Shown: positions 54,001 through 63,655, counted from the first letter of the stretch. The stretch is 64,000 nt of DNA from Lingula anatina (GCA_051362555.1 CM120645.1:4836001-4900000), one strand, 5' to 3'. Numbers and translations: made by a program. The notes: generated by a model not told the origin, from the sequence alone.

Positions 54001-57000
54001 AAAGCATTGGCACAGCAGACAGTGGTAAGTTTTCATTTTACTGACAGCCATGTATTACATATTTATATAACTCCCAGGGTCATCCATAGTGTTACAAGAT
54101 CAGAAACAAGCTAAACAGACTTGGCTCCTTCAACACAATTGGAAAGACGGGTTGAGATGGATTTGTCTCATCTAACCCAATGGCTTTGATGCTATGAGAC
54201 GTTTGTCTTCCTCAGCATGTTGGCAGATAATTTTCATTTTTTTTATGCATGTCAGAAGAAAAAAAATACATTGAATAATATATCTGCTTATTAACATTGC
54301 ATGAACATGTATATATTATATACCCAAGATAATACTGTTGCATGCTGGTAATTATATTGCTGAAATGGATACTGGGGAAAAGTGGTTTTAATTCGAAAAT
54401 TAGTAAAATCATAGAGTCAGATGGTTTCATTTGGTGCACAAGAAAACATTTAAGGGGAAAAAAAAGCAAGGTGATTTATTCTGAATTCTCTGATATGGAA
54501 ATTTGGTATCTGAACATATTTTCAACCACTCTTCCCTATGTCCTGAAACTTATATAAGATAAATTTACATTGCTTGGGATCTCCCAGAAGGGAGACGGAG
54601 GGACAACAAAGTAGTGCATGTTTGTTTCAATTTTAAGTTTCACTAGATCGCCAGAGTATAAAAAGTGAAGCCAAAAGTGACAGTGCTAGTGATATTAGTG
54701 CCAAAACACAGGAGTCCGAGAAGTCCGCTGGTCTGACTTCCCTCTCGCGACTCCAGGCATCAGTCGCCAAACCTCCTAGTTCAGACTCCGATAAACCTCC
54801 AAGGCCCCCTAAAACATTCCGACTTAAAAACCTCAAAGATATATTGGAAGAGCCAGAGAGTGGGACCTCAAAGAAATTGAGTCCTGTGAATCTTACAAAG
54901 CCTCACTCTGACCAGAACATGGCATCAAAGGAGAACAGTGGAAGTTATTCGGTTTCTGCTGCGCTGCTGTGTAAAAAGAAACATGGGGGCAATGACACAG
55001 CAAAGACTGTCAATGCTACAGTGGTTGAAGCAAGTGATAAAGAAAGTTCTAAAAGTAGCTCAAAGACAGGTGACCTTTTTGAGTTGGCGTTTGAAGTGGC
55101 TTTGGAGTTTGCTTTCATGAATCAGGGAATAGTTGGGGATTTTGAACCTGAAATGTAGAATTTAGGTGGCATTGCTGTGGCTTGCTTTCAGAGCACCTTA
55201 TATTTCAATCTGCACTTTTCTTCTCTGGTATTGCATGCAGCGTATGTTGCCATTTGAGATTGCCTACACATGAACTTCAACACTGTATTCCTATGAAAGG
55301 AAATAAGTTTGATGTTTGTTTGAACATTAATTCATTGACTCTCTTTTATCACAGAATTTGTTTTTGTGTGAAAAGTTTCACTTTTTGTTTGATGTGCGAT
55401 GGCAGAAATTATTGAGTAAAAACAGGGTTGTGTAAAGTTCTTTGGTTGATTTAGAAGTGGTTTCTCACAATTTCAACATCAGCATCAGGAATTTGAACCT
55501 CTAACTTTCGCTTCAGCGCAAGAATGCTTTAGATACGTAGTTATGGCTCATAATCAGCGTACATTTAAAGATGGGCTGGCTTATTTGAAACAATACATTT
55601 GAATAACATAATTGTTTTTACAAATTCCACTTGTTGAGATGATATTTTGAATTTGATGTTTTAGGTTGGTAAAGGTCAAATCATTTATTTTTGAAGCAAT
55701 AATATAAAATCCAATATTTATTGACGAATAATATGAAAATTAAATTTTGTGAAATATATATATCCATGCATTTTAGTATTTTATTAATTATATTTCTTGC
55801 TGGATAACATAGATATATATATATCATATTAAACTAACACCTTTCATCTTTTTAACTTCAGAATCAGAGTACCCATCACCATTCACGTCTCCAGCGGTGC
55901 AGAGAGTACACAAGGACCATCCTAAGGTTACAGTCATAACTTCTCCTAAAGTAAATATTTGGCTTGTGCATGTCCCCTGTGTCCCAGGTGTCACCTGTCT
56001 TGAAAAAATTGGGGAAAGGGGGGGGGGTGGAGAAAAATTGTGCTGGGGACTTTTGTCGAGTAAAGTCCTTTTGATATTGTATTCGGTACTGTGAAATGTA
56101 TGGTAAGCTATTATCATATATCAAAGATATTTTTCTTTCGGAAAAATTCACAAACCTTTGTTGCTAAAATTGATGTTTTAGTCTGCCAGCCTCTTTCACG
56201 AGAATGTGATAATTCTTCACATTATAATGTGTGTTGTTTTGGAACATAAAACTGACATTTTGAGGATATATATATGTATATTGACAAAATATTTTGACAG
56301 GTGACACTTGAGGCACCATTTGTGACCATTGACTGGTGTGTACATGCCTAGTTCTATTTTTAATTATTTATTTATTTTGCTTACATTTTTTCTTCTCTGG
56401 GAGAATATTTTACTGCAATATTTGAGAAATTGAGAATTTAGAGAAAAGACCTGTTTACTTATCAGGTCAGAGGGTAAGTGTAGTACACACCAGTTCAGTG
56501 GCACAGTTCTACATCCTTGCAACCTTCTTTACCATCATGGTCTGTTTTATTTGGTGACATTTGTATTAATTATATGGTTTTCATATCATTAACTGTTTGC
56601 CTCCATTACTACTATGGGCTGAACTAAACAGAGAAAAGGTTCATCTTGTAGAGGTGATTTATCTGTTCATTTATTTTCTTTGTTTATTATTTATTTATTT
56701 TTCATTGGGGCTGAATGACAAGTTGACTTTTTCCTGGGGGGTGGGGGCATGCTTAACCCTGCTAAAGCAACTATAGATGTGGCATTTTCAGTTTGTAGAC
56801 TGGAGCTTTGCTAAAACTGGCAGCAACAATTTTTTGTCTGCTAGACAATGTCAGTTTTGCTATTTTTGTCTCCTGTTTGTGTGGCATTGCATATTGTAAT
56901 TGTGGTAAATGCAGGAATGAATATTGGCATTATATGCATATTTGGATTATACTAGGCTTTAGGCTATCATAGCACAAACTGACATGATTTCCATTTTGGT

Positions 57001-60000
57001 CGAAATTATATTATATATCATGAATGTTTCAGTAATTTTTTGTACCTTTTGCTTTGACCCTTTTAGATCACTGATAAATGACATTTAATAATTCAGTCAG
57101 GTTTTGTTAGTTTTCCATATGATTTAGCTAAGAGCAAATAATGGCCTTTTGAAGAAAATCTGTTTCAGCATTTAGTAATGATGGTAATACAGAGCTAGGT
57201 AATATTTCATTTTTCTTCATATCAATAGCAGAAAGGATAATAAAGATAAATGATTAAAAATACCAGTCAATGTGTAGGTATATCGATAGTTATTCCTGAT
57301 GAAATACTTCATTTTAAGAATAAACTATAATAGCATAAATAGATAAGGTGGAATAAATAGCAAAATTAATATGAGGAATGTGGATTATAAAATGTATGCC
57401 CTCAGTTAAGCTATATGTAGTTAAGCTCATTACAATTCATCCCTTTACAAACTCCATAAATAACACTGACATTAATCTCTGTATTACCATGGCCATTTTA
57501 CAAGTTAATCATAATGTAGGGATGTTAATATTGGTAATATCTAGCACACATGGGCCATGCAAAAGATACCTGTAGGCTATAGTACTGTTCACACTCAGAG
57601 CTTCCAGAACATTTCTCTGCCAGCTTTTGAAAGCTTAATCAGAAGAATTATTAGTGTTGATTGCAGATTACTGTTGGGTCCACAGCATGTGGTCCAGTAA
57701 GTCAAAGGTATATTGAATGAATTTTACACATAGTTTCATATTGTGATGGATTTGAAGTGATTACACTTGCCCTTCAAGAAATCGACGGAAAATAGCTCTT
57801 TTTCAAATTTGAATGGGCACTATAGAAAACATATAACAGCTAAAGCTCTTAAATTAAGCACATATGTGTGACATCATGTGAAGAATAAGTTCTGTAAATT
57901 TCAATCCAAGCAGTTGAGTACATTTTGAGACAGAACGCTTTAAATGTGCAGCAAACCGTAACGTTAATCCCTTCAAGATCTCGACGAAAACCGGAAGTGC
58001 GTCATGACGTCACTCGCTTGTACTTGGAAAGCTGCTGGGTGATTTTCCGATGAGAAATATTTCGTGGCTTATACAAATGTTCGGAAAATGACCATGCAGA
58101 TAAAAGAAAATTCATTAATCAAAATTGAAACTGCGTAATTACATATAAAAACATTGTGCATTTCTGACCTCGACTTGTCAGTGTAAACAAAGTGTACTGA
58201 ACGCATCGCAAGCAAGCACGTGAATGCCGCGTTTGATACTTTGTATCAGACGCTTCTTTTTACTTGACAACACAGTGTTTACGATGGGCATGACAGGAAA
58301 AACAGTGCAAAAAACACGCACTTCCGGTTTTCGTCAATTTCTTGAAGGCGTCGATTTCTTGAAGGGCAAGTCTAGTCTTGTCCAATTTAAGAACTAGTTC
58401 TGAAACAATTGTATCTGTCTGCGATCTGAGAAAGAAATTCAGCACAAACCAAGCCCATATGTGATGCCCCAAGGAGTGTTGTTCTAATGGCCATGGCATC
58501 ACTCTGATGAAGATAATTTATGATCAAGGAACAATATCTTTGGTGCAGTTATAGCATTTTGATGATCGTTAGTTTCTCGTTATCACTAGGAAACAGGTTG
58601 CAAAAGACAACATAAATAGGGTTGTTTTTAATATTATATGAAGATCATTAACGAACAAAAGTTGTTGCATCCATCTCGTTTTATTTGTTCATTTAGTAAA
58701 AAATGCGACAAATGGTTAACTGACCATTTCCTTTGACAAAACTATATCTCCTTTTAAACCTTTGTCAACATATGACCTGTTAATATGATGTAGTATATGT
58801 GTTTATTTATCATTTTAGTAAAGTACATTCTTATTCGTTGCATTTAATGAACATAAATGAGGATAGAATGTCCCAATTAGAATTCAGGTATCTGCGGAGA
58901 GTCATTTATCTTGACAACTGCTGGTGGTATACAGACAACACCCTCATGGGGGACTGTATCAAAAGGTCAAATTATGGTTCATAATTCCTTGAATGCAGTC
59001 TGATAGGAAAATAAATGTGACACATTTATGCATGTATGGCCAACATTTAAAAAATGTAAAGGGAAAAATAAGAAAAAAAAACTTAGATGCAATCAGACAC
59101 AAAGATGTTGAAAACGATAAAAAAGTTCATGATCAATTCTAATCAACAGGATTTTATTCCAAATTTTTACACGCTTTAGTTAAATAAAAAATACCAAAAG
59201 AAAAGGTGATAAACATTTTGTGATGGTCCCTTACAGTATGGTGTGTGTATGTTTTAACTGCCAGCATGCAATAGTGGAGATATATGCATGCAGACTAGCA
59301 TGGTAAAGAGGATATATACAGACCACAGCTCCACATCTGCTAGAAGCATGGCTATGTTTTTTACCATCACAAGACTTCACCAGGATAAAACCAGTTTAGG
59401 AGTATGTATATGATAAAGTGCATGATTTTTTTTAAAGTTCAAGTATTTCATATAAGCAAGTTTAAGGTCGTATGTTAAGTATTTCTTTTCATGTTGTGAT
59501 GTGATATAACTATACATTGATCATGCAGGTATTAGTGACATTTTGTAACATTTGGTGCATAGTTTGTGATGATATTTTGACTGTTTGGAAAGAAAGTTAA
59601 TCAGTTATAACTTGGTTGATTGTACAGTATAGGTGGTTAAGATTTTGCCACAAAGTTATGATCAGACAGCTACAGGTTATTTGTCACCGATAGAACAAAT
59701 AAGCAGAAATTATTCTTTAATTATTTAGGTGTGACTGCCAGATGACTATGTAATTTCAATTATATCAGTTGTACATTCACAGTTTTAAAAATGCACATGT
59801 AATGATGACATTTCATGGCTCAAAATGATGACTTTGGGTGATGTGAATCCACCTGAAAAAGAACGTCGTGTCAAAACATTAATAATAAATGTAATGACTT
59901 TTAGTACATATTTTGTTTACTCATGCCCTGAGTGCATTAATATTTAAGCGATGGTGACCAGCAACTTTGTCATGTCCACATGCAATGTTTCCTCAGTAAA

Positions 60001-62636
60001 TATCACTTGTGTCAAGAACAGATAACGTGATTATATTATGGAAATTCCTGAGCCAGTGCCATATTGTGACATTAAAACCATGTGTGGCCGATATTTCCCT
60101 ATGTACAACAAATGTGACTTGCTATTTAAAATATGTCACTTAAATTTTATATTTACAACATCTGTGGAGTAGACATGTAATAAGATTAATTACAGATGAG
60201 TTGACATAGATGATTATAGATATCCTAACACCTACTAACTTATAGAAGGGTAGCTTACATATAATTTCGGTTGTTTTAAAAATGCAAATTGTGTGATGTT
60301 GCCGTTTTGATTGGTGTAGAATTATACATATTATAGAAGGAAGATTAAAAAGTATATGTACAACGGAAAAGTGTTTAATGGATAATTTGCTTAGAATTAC
60401 TTATTTTTTCTTTTATAAACAGGTGGAGATAGTTGAAGTAGAACATGGCACACCTCCGCGAGAACACAAGCGCCCGTCAACGCCCTCGTCACAGTCCTTG
60501 ACCTCCATGGAGTCCCAGGGGTCAGGAAGGTCAGGGTCGTACTCCCAGAGGTCAGCGTACTCCTCACCATCAGCCAGCCCCCAGAGGCAGCCTAATTACC
60601 CCAGGGGATCTTCTCCAAGCCCTAGGCTGGGAAGGTAGGCAAGGATGTTGTTGGGGGGGGGGGGGGGTGGGGAGGGGGTGAAGGAAGAGGATCCCCTTAT
60701 AGTAGCCAGAAGAGGTAGATTCCAGATTTATATTAAGATTAATGAAGGTTTGGAGTTTTCTTGGTTATCAGTGTCTGCCAGTTGTAGCCTGTCCTGCCTG
60801 GGAATATTAATATCGTACAGAACAGTTGTTATGTTAATTGCACTTCAGGTATTGCCAATTTCTTAAAGATAGCTGCTGTTCATTAACTTCAGGTTACTAT
60901 TTCCATGGAAAATATCACAAATGCTTTCGCAATTAATCATAACACAGTCCGTTCATGTCTTTTTCCCCCTTTTGATTGATAGGAATGAAGATTTATAGTA
61001 GTAAAATACATATAAGAATAAAAAAAAAATTAAAGTAAAATTTTAAAACTTTTGTCATTGTATTTCTAGGCAAGGGTCCAAAGATGTAGGCTACACTCCT
61101 AACACAGTTTATTCCACCAGAACACATTACAGAACGCTACAATACCCGACCTTCAGTTCACGGGTTAACTCCACCTCCAGCAACCTCTCCGAGTACGATA
61201 ACTTAAGTAGTACCTCAACACGAGACTCCTCGGGAGGACGGAGTGCACGTTACGAAACAAACGTAGACTCTGGGAGGACAGTGCCCATGCACAATATGTA
61301 CAATGTGAACACGGGTAGCACCGCACATGCGGGACATTATCAGAGCACGGATGAGTTGAAGGGTGGTGGCGAGGGGCTGTATGGAGGAGGGGATAATTCT
61401 AGTGTAGGGAGTGATGATAGGGGCGGATTTCCAGCTCGGCATAACAGTTTAGAAGGGACCTATAGACGAGGAAGTAAGGAATATCCCAGATATGGAAGCC
61501 TAGAAAGGAATGTCAATACATTTACTAGGCAACAACAGTACTATCTTGACCAACAACAACAGCAACAGCAGCACCAACGACAGGAGGAAAATTTACCGGA
61601 ATTGACTCCATCAAGATTTGGTAGCAAAAGAGACTCACATTCAGATTTTGGTGACTATTTTGAGCGGGATCGTCCTGTGCATAATATGCCCCATCACCAT
61701 CACCAACAGCATCATCATCATCATCAGCAGCAACACAAGCAGCAGCATTATCATTCGTCCCATCCCCACCACCAACAACATCAGAGGTATAGTAATATTG
61801 AGGAGAAAAGTTACGGAGCTGCAGAGGCATCAATTCCCTACATAGACTCTAACGGCCATCGGCATGAACCGAGGCAATGGTATGAGACCTCAGAATCTCC
61901 GCCATCTTTAAAACATCGGCACCACAGTGGCAGTGACTCTCCACGCTATGAGAGCCCACTACAGCCGAATGTCAAACATGACATTATGAACATCTCCCGG
62001 GATATTCAGCAAAGACTTTCTGTAGAAAGAGAGAAAAACCCAGAGAGAAATGAAAATAGGACTAATACAAAAGGGGCGCCAGAGTCCCCAAAACCCGTCA
62101 TGACTGTGACAAAATTCCGCCCGTATAGGGAAGTGACAAAACCATACGAGTTGTCAGACTTTTACAAGTATAGTGAAAAGTTACGACGGCAGCGGAGTAA
62201 CGAGAGCCCAGGATCACAGAGCAGTGGCACGCCACCACACTCGGGGCAAGAGCCACATAGTCCAAGGTCACCATATTTATCACAACGCACACCTCATCAC
62301 CAGGGGGCAGCAGCTGCAGGAGGACAAGGGGCCACTTACTCTGAAGGAGGCTATGACAGGCCTCCCCTCAGTCCAGCATCTTACGAGACAGTACGTGAGC
62401 GCGGGCTTGGCTCGTACACAGTACAGAGTCACCAAGCACCACGCTATCATACGCAAACTGCTGGTTACCATTCACAAAGTAGCTCTTCACGACAGGTGCA
62501 ATATACAGCACCGCAGCCAATGAAATGCGAGCCTGTGTTATCACCACCACCAGATGGCAGCAACAGTAGTAGTAGTGGTGCTCGTAGGTCAGTACATTAC
62601 CGCACAATTAAACCAAAGCTACAGTCTGAGGTTTAG
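12614..62636 (+). CDS. FRMD4A: FERM domain-containing protein 4A/4B-like gene (FERM + CUPID coiled coil + disordered tail); 22 coding exons, about 1338 aa
   Basis: Manually spliced exons give a continuous frame with GT-AG introns and matching phases. The translation MAEGRKAQVVLLDERRLDMMVQ-PKLYAGDLLDIVASHFNLKEKEYFG...WLQLDRKVLEHDFPKK...FYIESIAYL...PWWLGLS...WKQLENLYFRDRKFSIEVHDP...HQFYLDRK closely matches the FRMD4A sequence as I recall it. A versus B orthology cannot be resolved from sequence alone. Confidence 0.95.
13418..13512 (+). CDS. FRMD4A: FRMD4 exon 2 (PKLYAGDLLDIVASHFNLKEKEYFGLCFLDET)
   Basis: tttcttccag| ... AC|gtaagt; 95 nt; FERM F1 signature EYFGL. Confidence 0.95.
16935..16970. 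repeat. (CA)n microsatellite
   Basis: Read directly; similar tracts at 17750-17788 and near 26172-26198. Confidence 0.97.
19284..19382 (+). CDS. FRMD4A: FRMD4 exon 3 (NHFTWLQLDRKVLEHDFPKKQSTGTLILYFSVR)
   Basis: cccatctttttag| ... AG|gtaagt; 99 nt, phase 2-2. Confidence 0.95.
19360..19543 (+). repeat. 39-bp tandem repeat (4.7 copies) spanning the exon 3/intron 3 junction
   Basis: Unit ctgatcctctacttctctgtcaggtaag(t/c)taaaacacaa starts at 19360, 19399, 19438, 19477 and 19516. Confidence 0.97.
25939..26015 (+). CDS. Candidate internal first coding exon (MAQGKYLNLLEKSLKKDCQENESILR) splicing to exon 4
   Basis: ATGG start with an in-frame TGA just upstream; 25 codons plus AG, donor TAG|gtatgt in phase 2 matching exon 4. 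Confidence 0.35.
27122..27194. repeat. (TA)n microsatellite
   Basis: Read directly. Confidence 0.98.
27694..27778 (+). CDS. FRMD4A: FRMD4 exon 4 (FYIESIAYLRDKVTVELFYLQAKQAIFK)
   Basis: ccttcatttcag| ... AAG|gtgagt; 85 nt. Confidence 0.95.
27820..27908. repeat. (CT)n microsatellite in intron 4
   Basis: About 44 units, ending in CAG at 27908-27910. Confidence 0.98.
28363..28442 (+). CDS. FRMD4A: FRMD4 exon 5 (GTVECDSETAFELAAHVLQAAHGDYED), FERM F2
   Basis: tatttttag| ... GA|gtaagt; 80 nt; FERM-M motif ELAA..LQ...GD. Confidence 0.95.
31892..31975 (+). CDS. FRMD4A: FRMD4 exon 6 (DDITRSQLKKLPVLPTSIFKDHPSIQYC)
   Basis: tattttcag| ... TG|gtgagt; 84 nt. Confidence 0.94.
32401..32466 (+). CDS. FRMD4A: FRMD4 exon 7 (EDRVIDHYKKLSGQSRGSAIVN)
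   Basis: cattttccag| ... AA|gtaagt; 66 nt. Confidence 0.95.
34208..34265 (+). CDS. FRMD4A: FRMD4 exon 8 (YLSIVETLPTYGIHYYEVK)
   Basis: tattttcag| ... AAG|gtaagt; 58 nt; FERM LPTYG motif. Confidence 0.95.
36010..36166 (+). mobile_element. Remnant 3' end of a Helitron/Helentron-like non-autonomous element
   Basis: ccttggcgggggtct GCACT-tcctg-AGTGC ttct CTAG tt: a short hairpin followed by CTAG. The 5' boundary is uncertain. Confidence 0.45.
38283..38331. repeat. (CT)n(CA)n compound microsatellite
   Basis: Read directly. Confidence 0.97.
38393..38479 (+). CDS. FRMD4A: FRMD4 exon 9 (DKTGLPWWLGLSPKGIAQYDYADKRTPRK), FERM F3
   Basis: ttcattgcag| ... AAG|gtactg; 87 nt. Confidence 0.95.
41483..41559 (+). 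CDS. FRMD4A: FRMD4 exon 10 (VFPWKQLENLYFRDRKFSIEVHDPKR)
   Basis: gttattgcag| ... AG|gtgagt; 77 nt. Confidence 0.95.
43189..43336. promoter_or_regulatory. Intronic cluster of five GTCATGTG/GTCACATG E-boxes plus an inverted CCAAT box
   Basis: gtcatgtgac at 43189, 43206 and 43317; gtcacatgat at 43217; gtcatgtgg at 43328; attgg at 43225. Confidence 0.35.
44073..44270. mobile_element. Degenerate MITE with imperfect TIRs of about 50 bp
   Basis: acagacagagacttaaacc...gatttagatgacatcacc (44073-44122) is an inverted match to ggtggtgtcatctgaatc...ggtttaagtttgtgtttg (44221-44270). Confidence 0.55.
44889..44993 (+). CDS. FRMD4A: FRMD4 exon 11, probable cassette exon within FERM F3 (IIHTLSSFNLYEDAIQEPVDQFDELSDAISDPTTQ)
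   Basis: tgtttttcggtgcag| ... CA|gtaagt; 105 nt, symmetric phase 2-2, open frame; GC/CpG-richer than the flanking intron. Confidence 0.8.
45094..45153. repeat. (CT)n microsatellite
   Basis: Read directly. Confidence 0.98.
47241..47487. repeat. Three diverged 32-33-bp tandem units, the third split by the MITE
   Basis: tagg...tt(c/t)agaccaggactaatt.agatt units start at 47241, 47274 and 47306. Confidence 0.65.
47324..47470. mobile_element. 147-bp MITE with CAG target-site duplication (Harbinger-like CWG target)
   Basis: TIRs gaccctgtaactcgaaagcatcgcgtattgc / gcaatgcgcgatgcttttgagttattgggcc; CAG at 47321-47323 and 47471-47473. Confidence 0.75.
47645..47786 (+). CDS. FRMD4A: FRMD4 exon 12 (VSVSRRTFGPGNVNVYAWFAASALLTKTIWSMAVCQHQFYLDRKSSK)
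   Basis: attctttcag| ... AAG|gtgagt; 142 nt; end of FERM F3. Confidence 0.95.
48019..48081. repeat. (ATTT)n tract forming the acceptor region of exon 13
   Basis: Read directly; abuts cag| at 48082-48084. Confidence 0.95.
48085..48241 (+). CDS. FRMD4A: FRMD4 exon 13 (AHLPFVRSMTELAAEISQSTSSLPGSDG...SSKSD)
   Basis: ttatttcag| ... C|gtaagt; 157 nt; resembles the FRMD4 RSLSEIA segment. Confidence 0.9.
50655..50791 (+). CDS. FRMD4A: FRMD4 exon 14, CUPID coiled coil (TTEQLEIARAAQRDMYAALKARKEALEEALKKKTAELKLLCIREG)
   Basis: tgctctttcag| ... GGG|gtaagt; 137 nt. Confidence 0.94.
51233..51358 (+). CDS. FRMD4A: FRMD4 exon 15, CUPID core (DLTGELPPETPLIPGEMVPVVRKRMGTEFSLSSRIINTDRDE)
   Basis: gtgttttcag| ... 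GAG|gtaagg; 126 nt; LTG.LP.E.PL.PGE..P.VR.R.GT.F signature. Confidence 0.95.
52778..52927 (+). CDS. FRMD4A: FRMD4 exon 16 (EEDEELAKLELEFELQNQITNAALKLAKDTSAAKSVRKSRRQTYQKSREK)
   Basis: aatttctag| ... AAG|gttatg; 150 nt. Confidence 0.94.
53680..53764 (+). CDS. FRMD4A: FRMD4 exon 17 (LQDIEKRLNEMKYKKGQALVKHHQPSLD)
   Basis: atgtttcag| ... G|gtatgc; 85 nt; LQ.IE coiled-coil end. Confidence 0.9.
53998..54024 (+). CDS. FRMD4A: FRMD4 exon 18, 27-nt microexon (DESIGTADS)
   Basis: ttttcactttatttttag| ... G|gtaagt; phase 1-1, open frame. Confidence 0.7.
54647..55069 (+). CDS. FRMD4A: FRMD4 exon 19, probable alternative S/K-rich exon (DRQSIKSEAKSDSAS...SSKSSSKT)
   Basis: Stop-free frame 54640-55158. 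Acceptor cactag| at 54646 (an in-frame aag| at 54637 is also possible); donor ACAG|gtgacc; 423 nt, phase 1-1. Confidence 0.65.
55862..55950 (+). CDS. FRMD4A: FRMD4 exon 20 (SEYPSPFTSPAVQRVHKDHPKVTVITSPK)
   Basis: Branch point actaac near 55833, pyrimidine tract, ttcag|; donor AAA|gtaaat (an in-frame AAG|gttaca at 55926 is also possible). It converts phase 1 to phase 0, which the next exon needs. Confidence 0.8.
57764..58372. mobile_element. 609-bp non-autonomous TIR DNA transposon with TA target duplication
   Basis: acttgcccttcaagaaatcgacg at the left end is a perfect 23-bp inverse of cgtcgatttcttgaagggcaagt at the right end. TA flanks at 57762-63 and 58373-74; CpG-rich interior with no transposase ORF. 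Confidence 0.85.
60423..60634 (+). CDS. FRMD4A: FRMD4 exon 21 (VEIVEVEHGTPPREHKRPSTPSSQS...SPSPRLGR)
   Basis: ttttataaacag| ... AG|gtaggc; 212 nt; GC-rich, Ser/Pro-rich open frame. Confidence 0.9.
61070..62636 (+). CDS. FRMD4A: FRMD4 terminal coding exon 22 (QGSKDVGYTPNTVY...polyQ/H...KPKLQSEV*)
   Basis: gtatttctag| acceptor; same frame as the 451-aa ORF in the track (61281-62636); 1567 nt to TAG. Confidence 0.92.
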
Positions 62637-63655
62637 ATGTTTGTTTGTAGGTTGACTTCATAATTTATGGTCAGGGGTTTTGTAAATAATACTGGTCTGA
62701 GATTTAGATAACATGAAATACTTAATATTATGATAAATCTCTGGTTTAAGTTTTCACAAATTCCCCCAGCTGGGTTCTCACTAGAGCAACAGACAATTGA
62801 TTTCTTTTTACGGAATAAGATGTAATTTTTTTTTTCTGAAATAATTGTCTTAAGATAGCAAAGCTGCCAGAGTGAATCCAGTAAATATTTATAATTCCTC
62901 ACATTGTGACCTGTACATATTGCTCAGTGATGCCATGTTCAGTGCTGCAGCACTTTGACCAGAAAATATTTAATTATTTTGTATGAAGTATATCCATTAG
63001 ATGTGTTACGTTATGAAACAATTGTCATGGAATTGGTTTGTTACTGTGTCAAGAACTAAGTGTATTTGGTTGAGGTTGAGTGCAATTGGGTCATCTTGGT
63101 TTGACAATCTTCGTCTTTTAAATGAATGTTCCCCGGAATGATTGTAATAATTTCATTTTTCTTGGTGTGATAAACAATTTTGATTGTTTTGTCCAAGTGA
63201 TCTATGTTGATGGTGCGATTCACAGATGAAAGTTTCCGTGCCTTTTTGACATTCATTTGTTCAATTAACAGGATGCACACATTCATTATCTTTAAATTTG
63301 TCTTCTTATTATTCTTGTTGGCACCAGGCTCTTCTTTTATCTGTTTATAAAGATACCTTTACAGATCTTTCCTTCTTGAAATAACGAGATCGGGTAATTC
63401 TCTTTATAATACATATGTCTTGTGGTCCAACAGTCTCACTCTTCTTTGCAAACTTATTTCAGAACTTAACTTTCAAGGATCTCTCTTATTTGAAAATGAC
63501 ACAGAGCTGTGTCCAAATCACAACCAAGAACGGCATGGAGCATTTTGATAGTGCTAGCATATTGTATAGACTGATTATCTTAGTCTAACTAGAAAACCAA
63601 CTGACATGTTTTAGGCGGTTGGCAGAATATTTAGTGGCATGTGAATTCGATGAAG

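Noticed and set aside
55480-55545. Minus-strand tRNA-like segment with B-box-like ggttcaaattcc; similar box fragments near 46820 and 33980
   Set aside because: I could not fold a cloverleaf. At most these are decayed tRNA-derived SINE heads.
62298-62313. CTCF-like motif caccagggggcagca; weaker ones near 36262 and 36320
   Set aside because: It lies in coding sequence (HQGAA), and motif matches alone are uninformative without ChIP data.
61525-62607. Overlapping alternative-frame and antisense ORFs in the last exon
   Set aside because: Expected by-products of a GC-richer, low-complexity coding exon.
63056-63360. Roughly 100-codon open stretch on the minus strand of the 3' UTR
   Set aside because: No recognisable homology or splice structure; explained by the A-rich antisense of a T-rich UTR.
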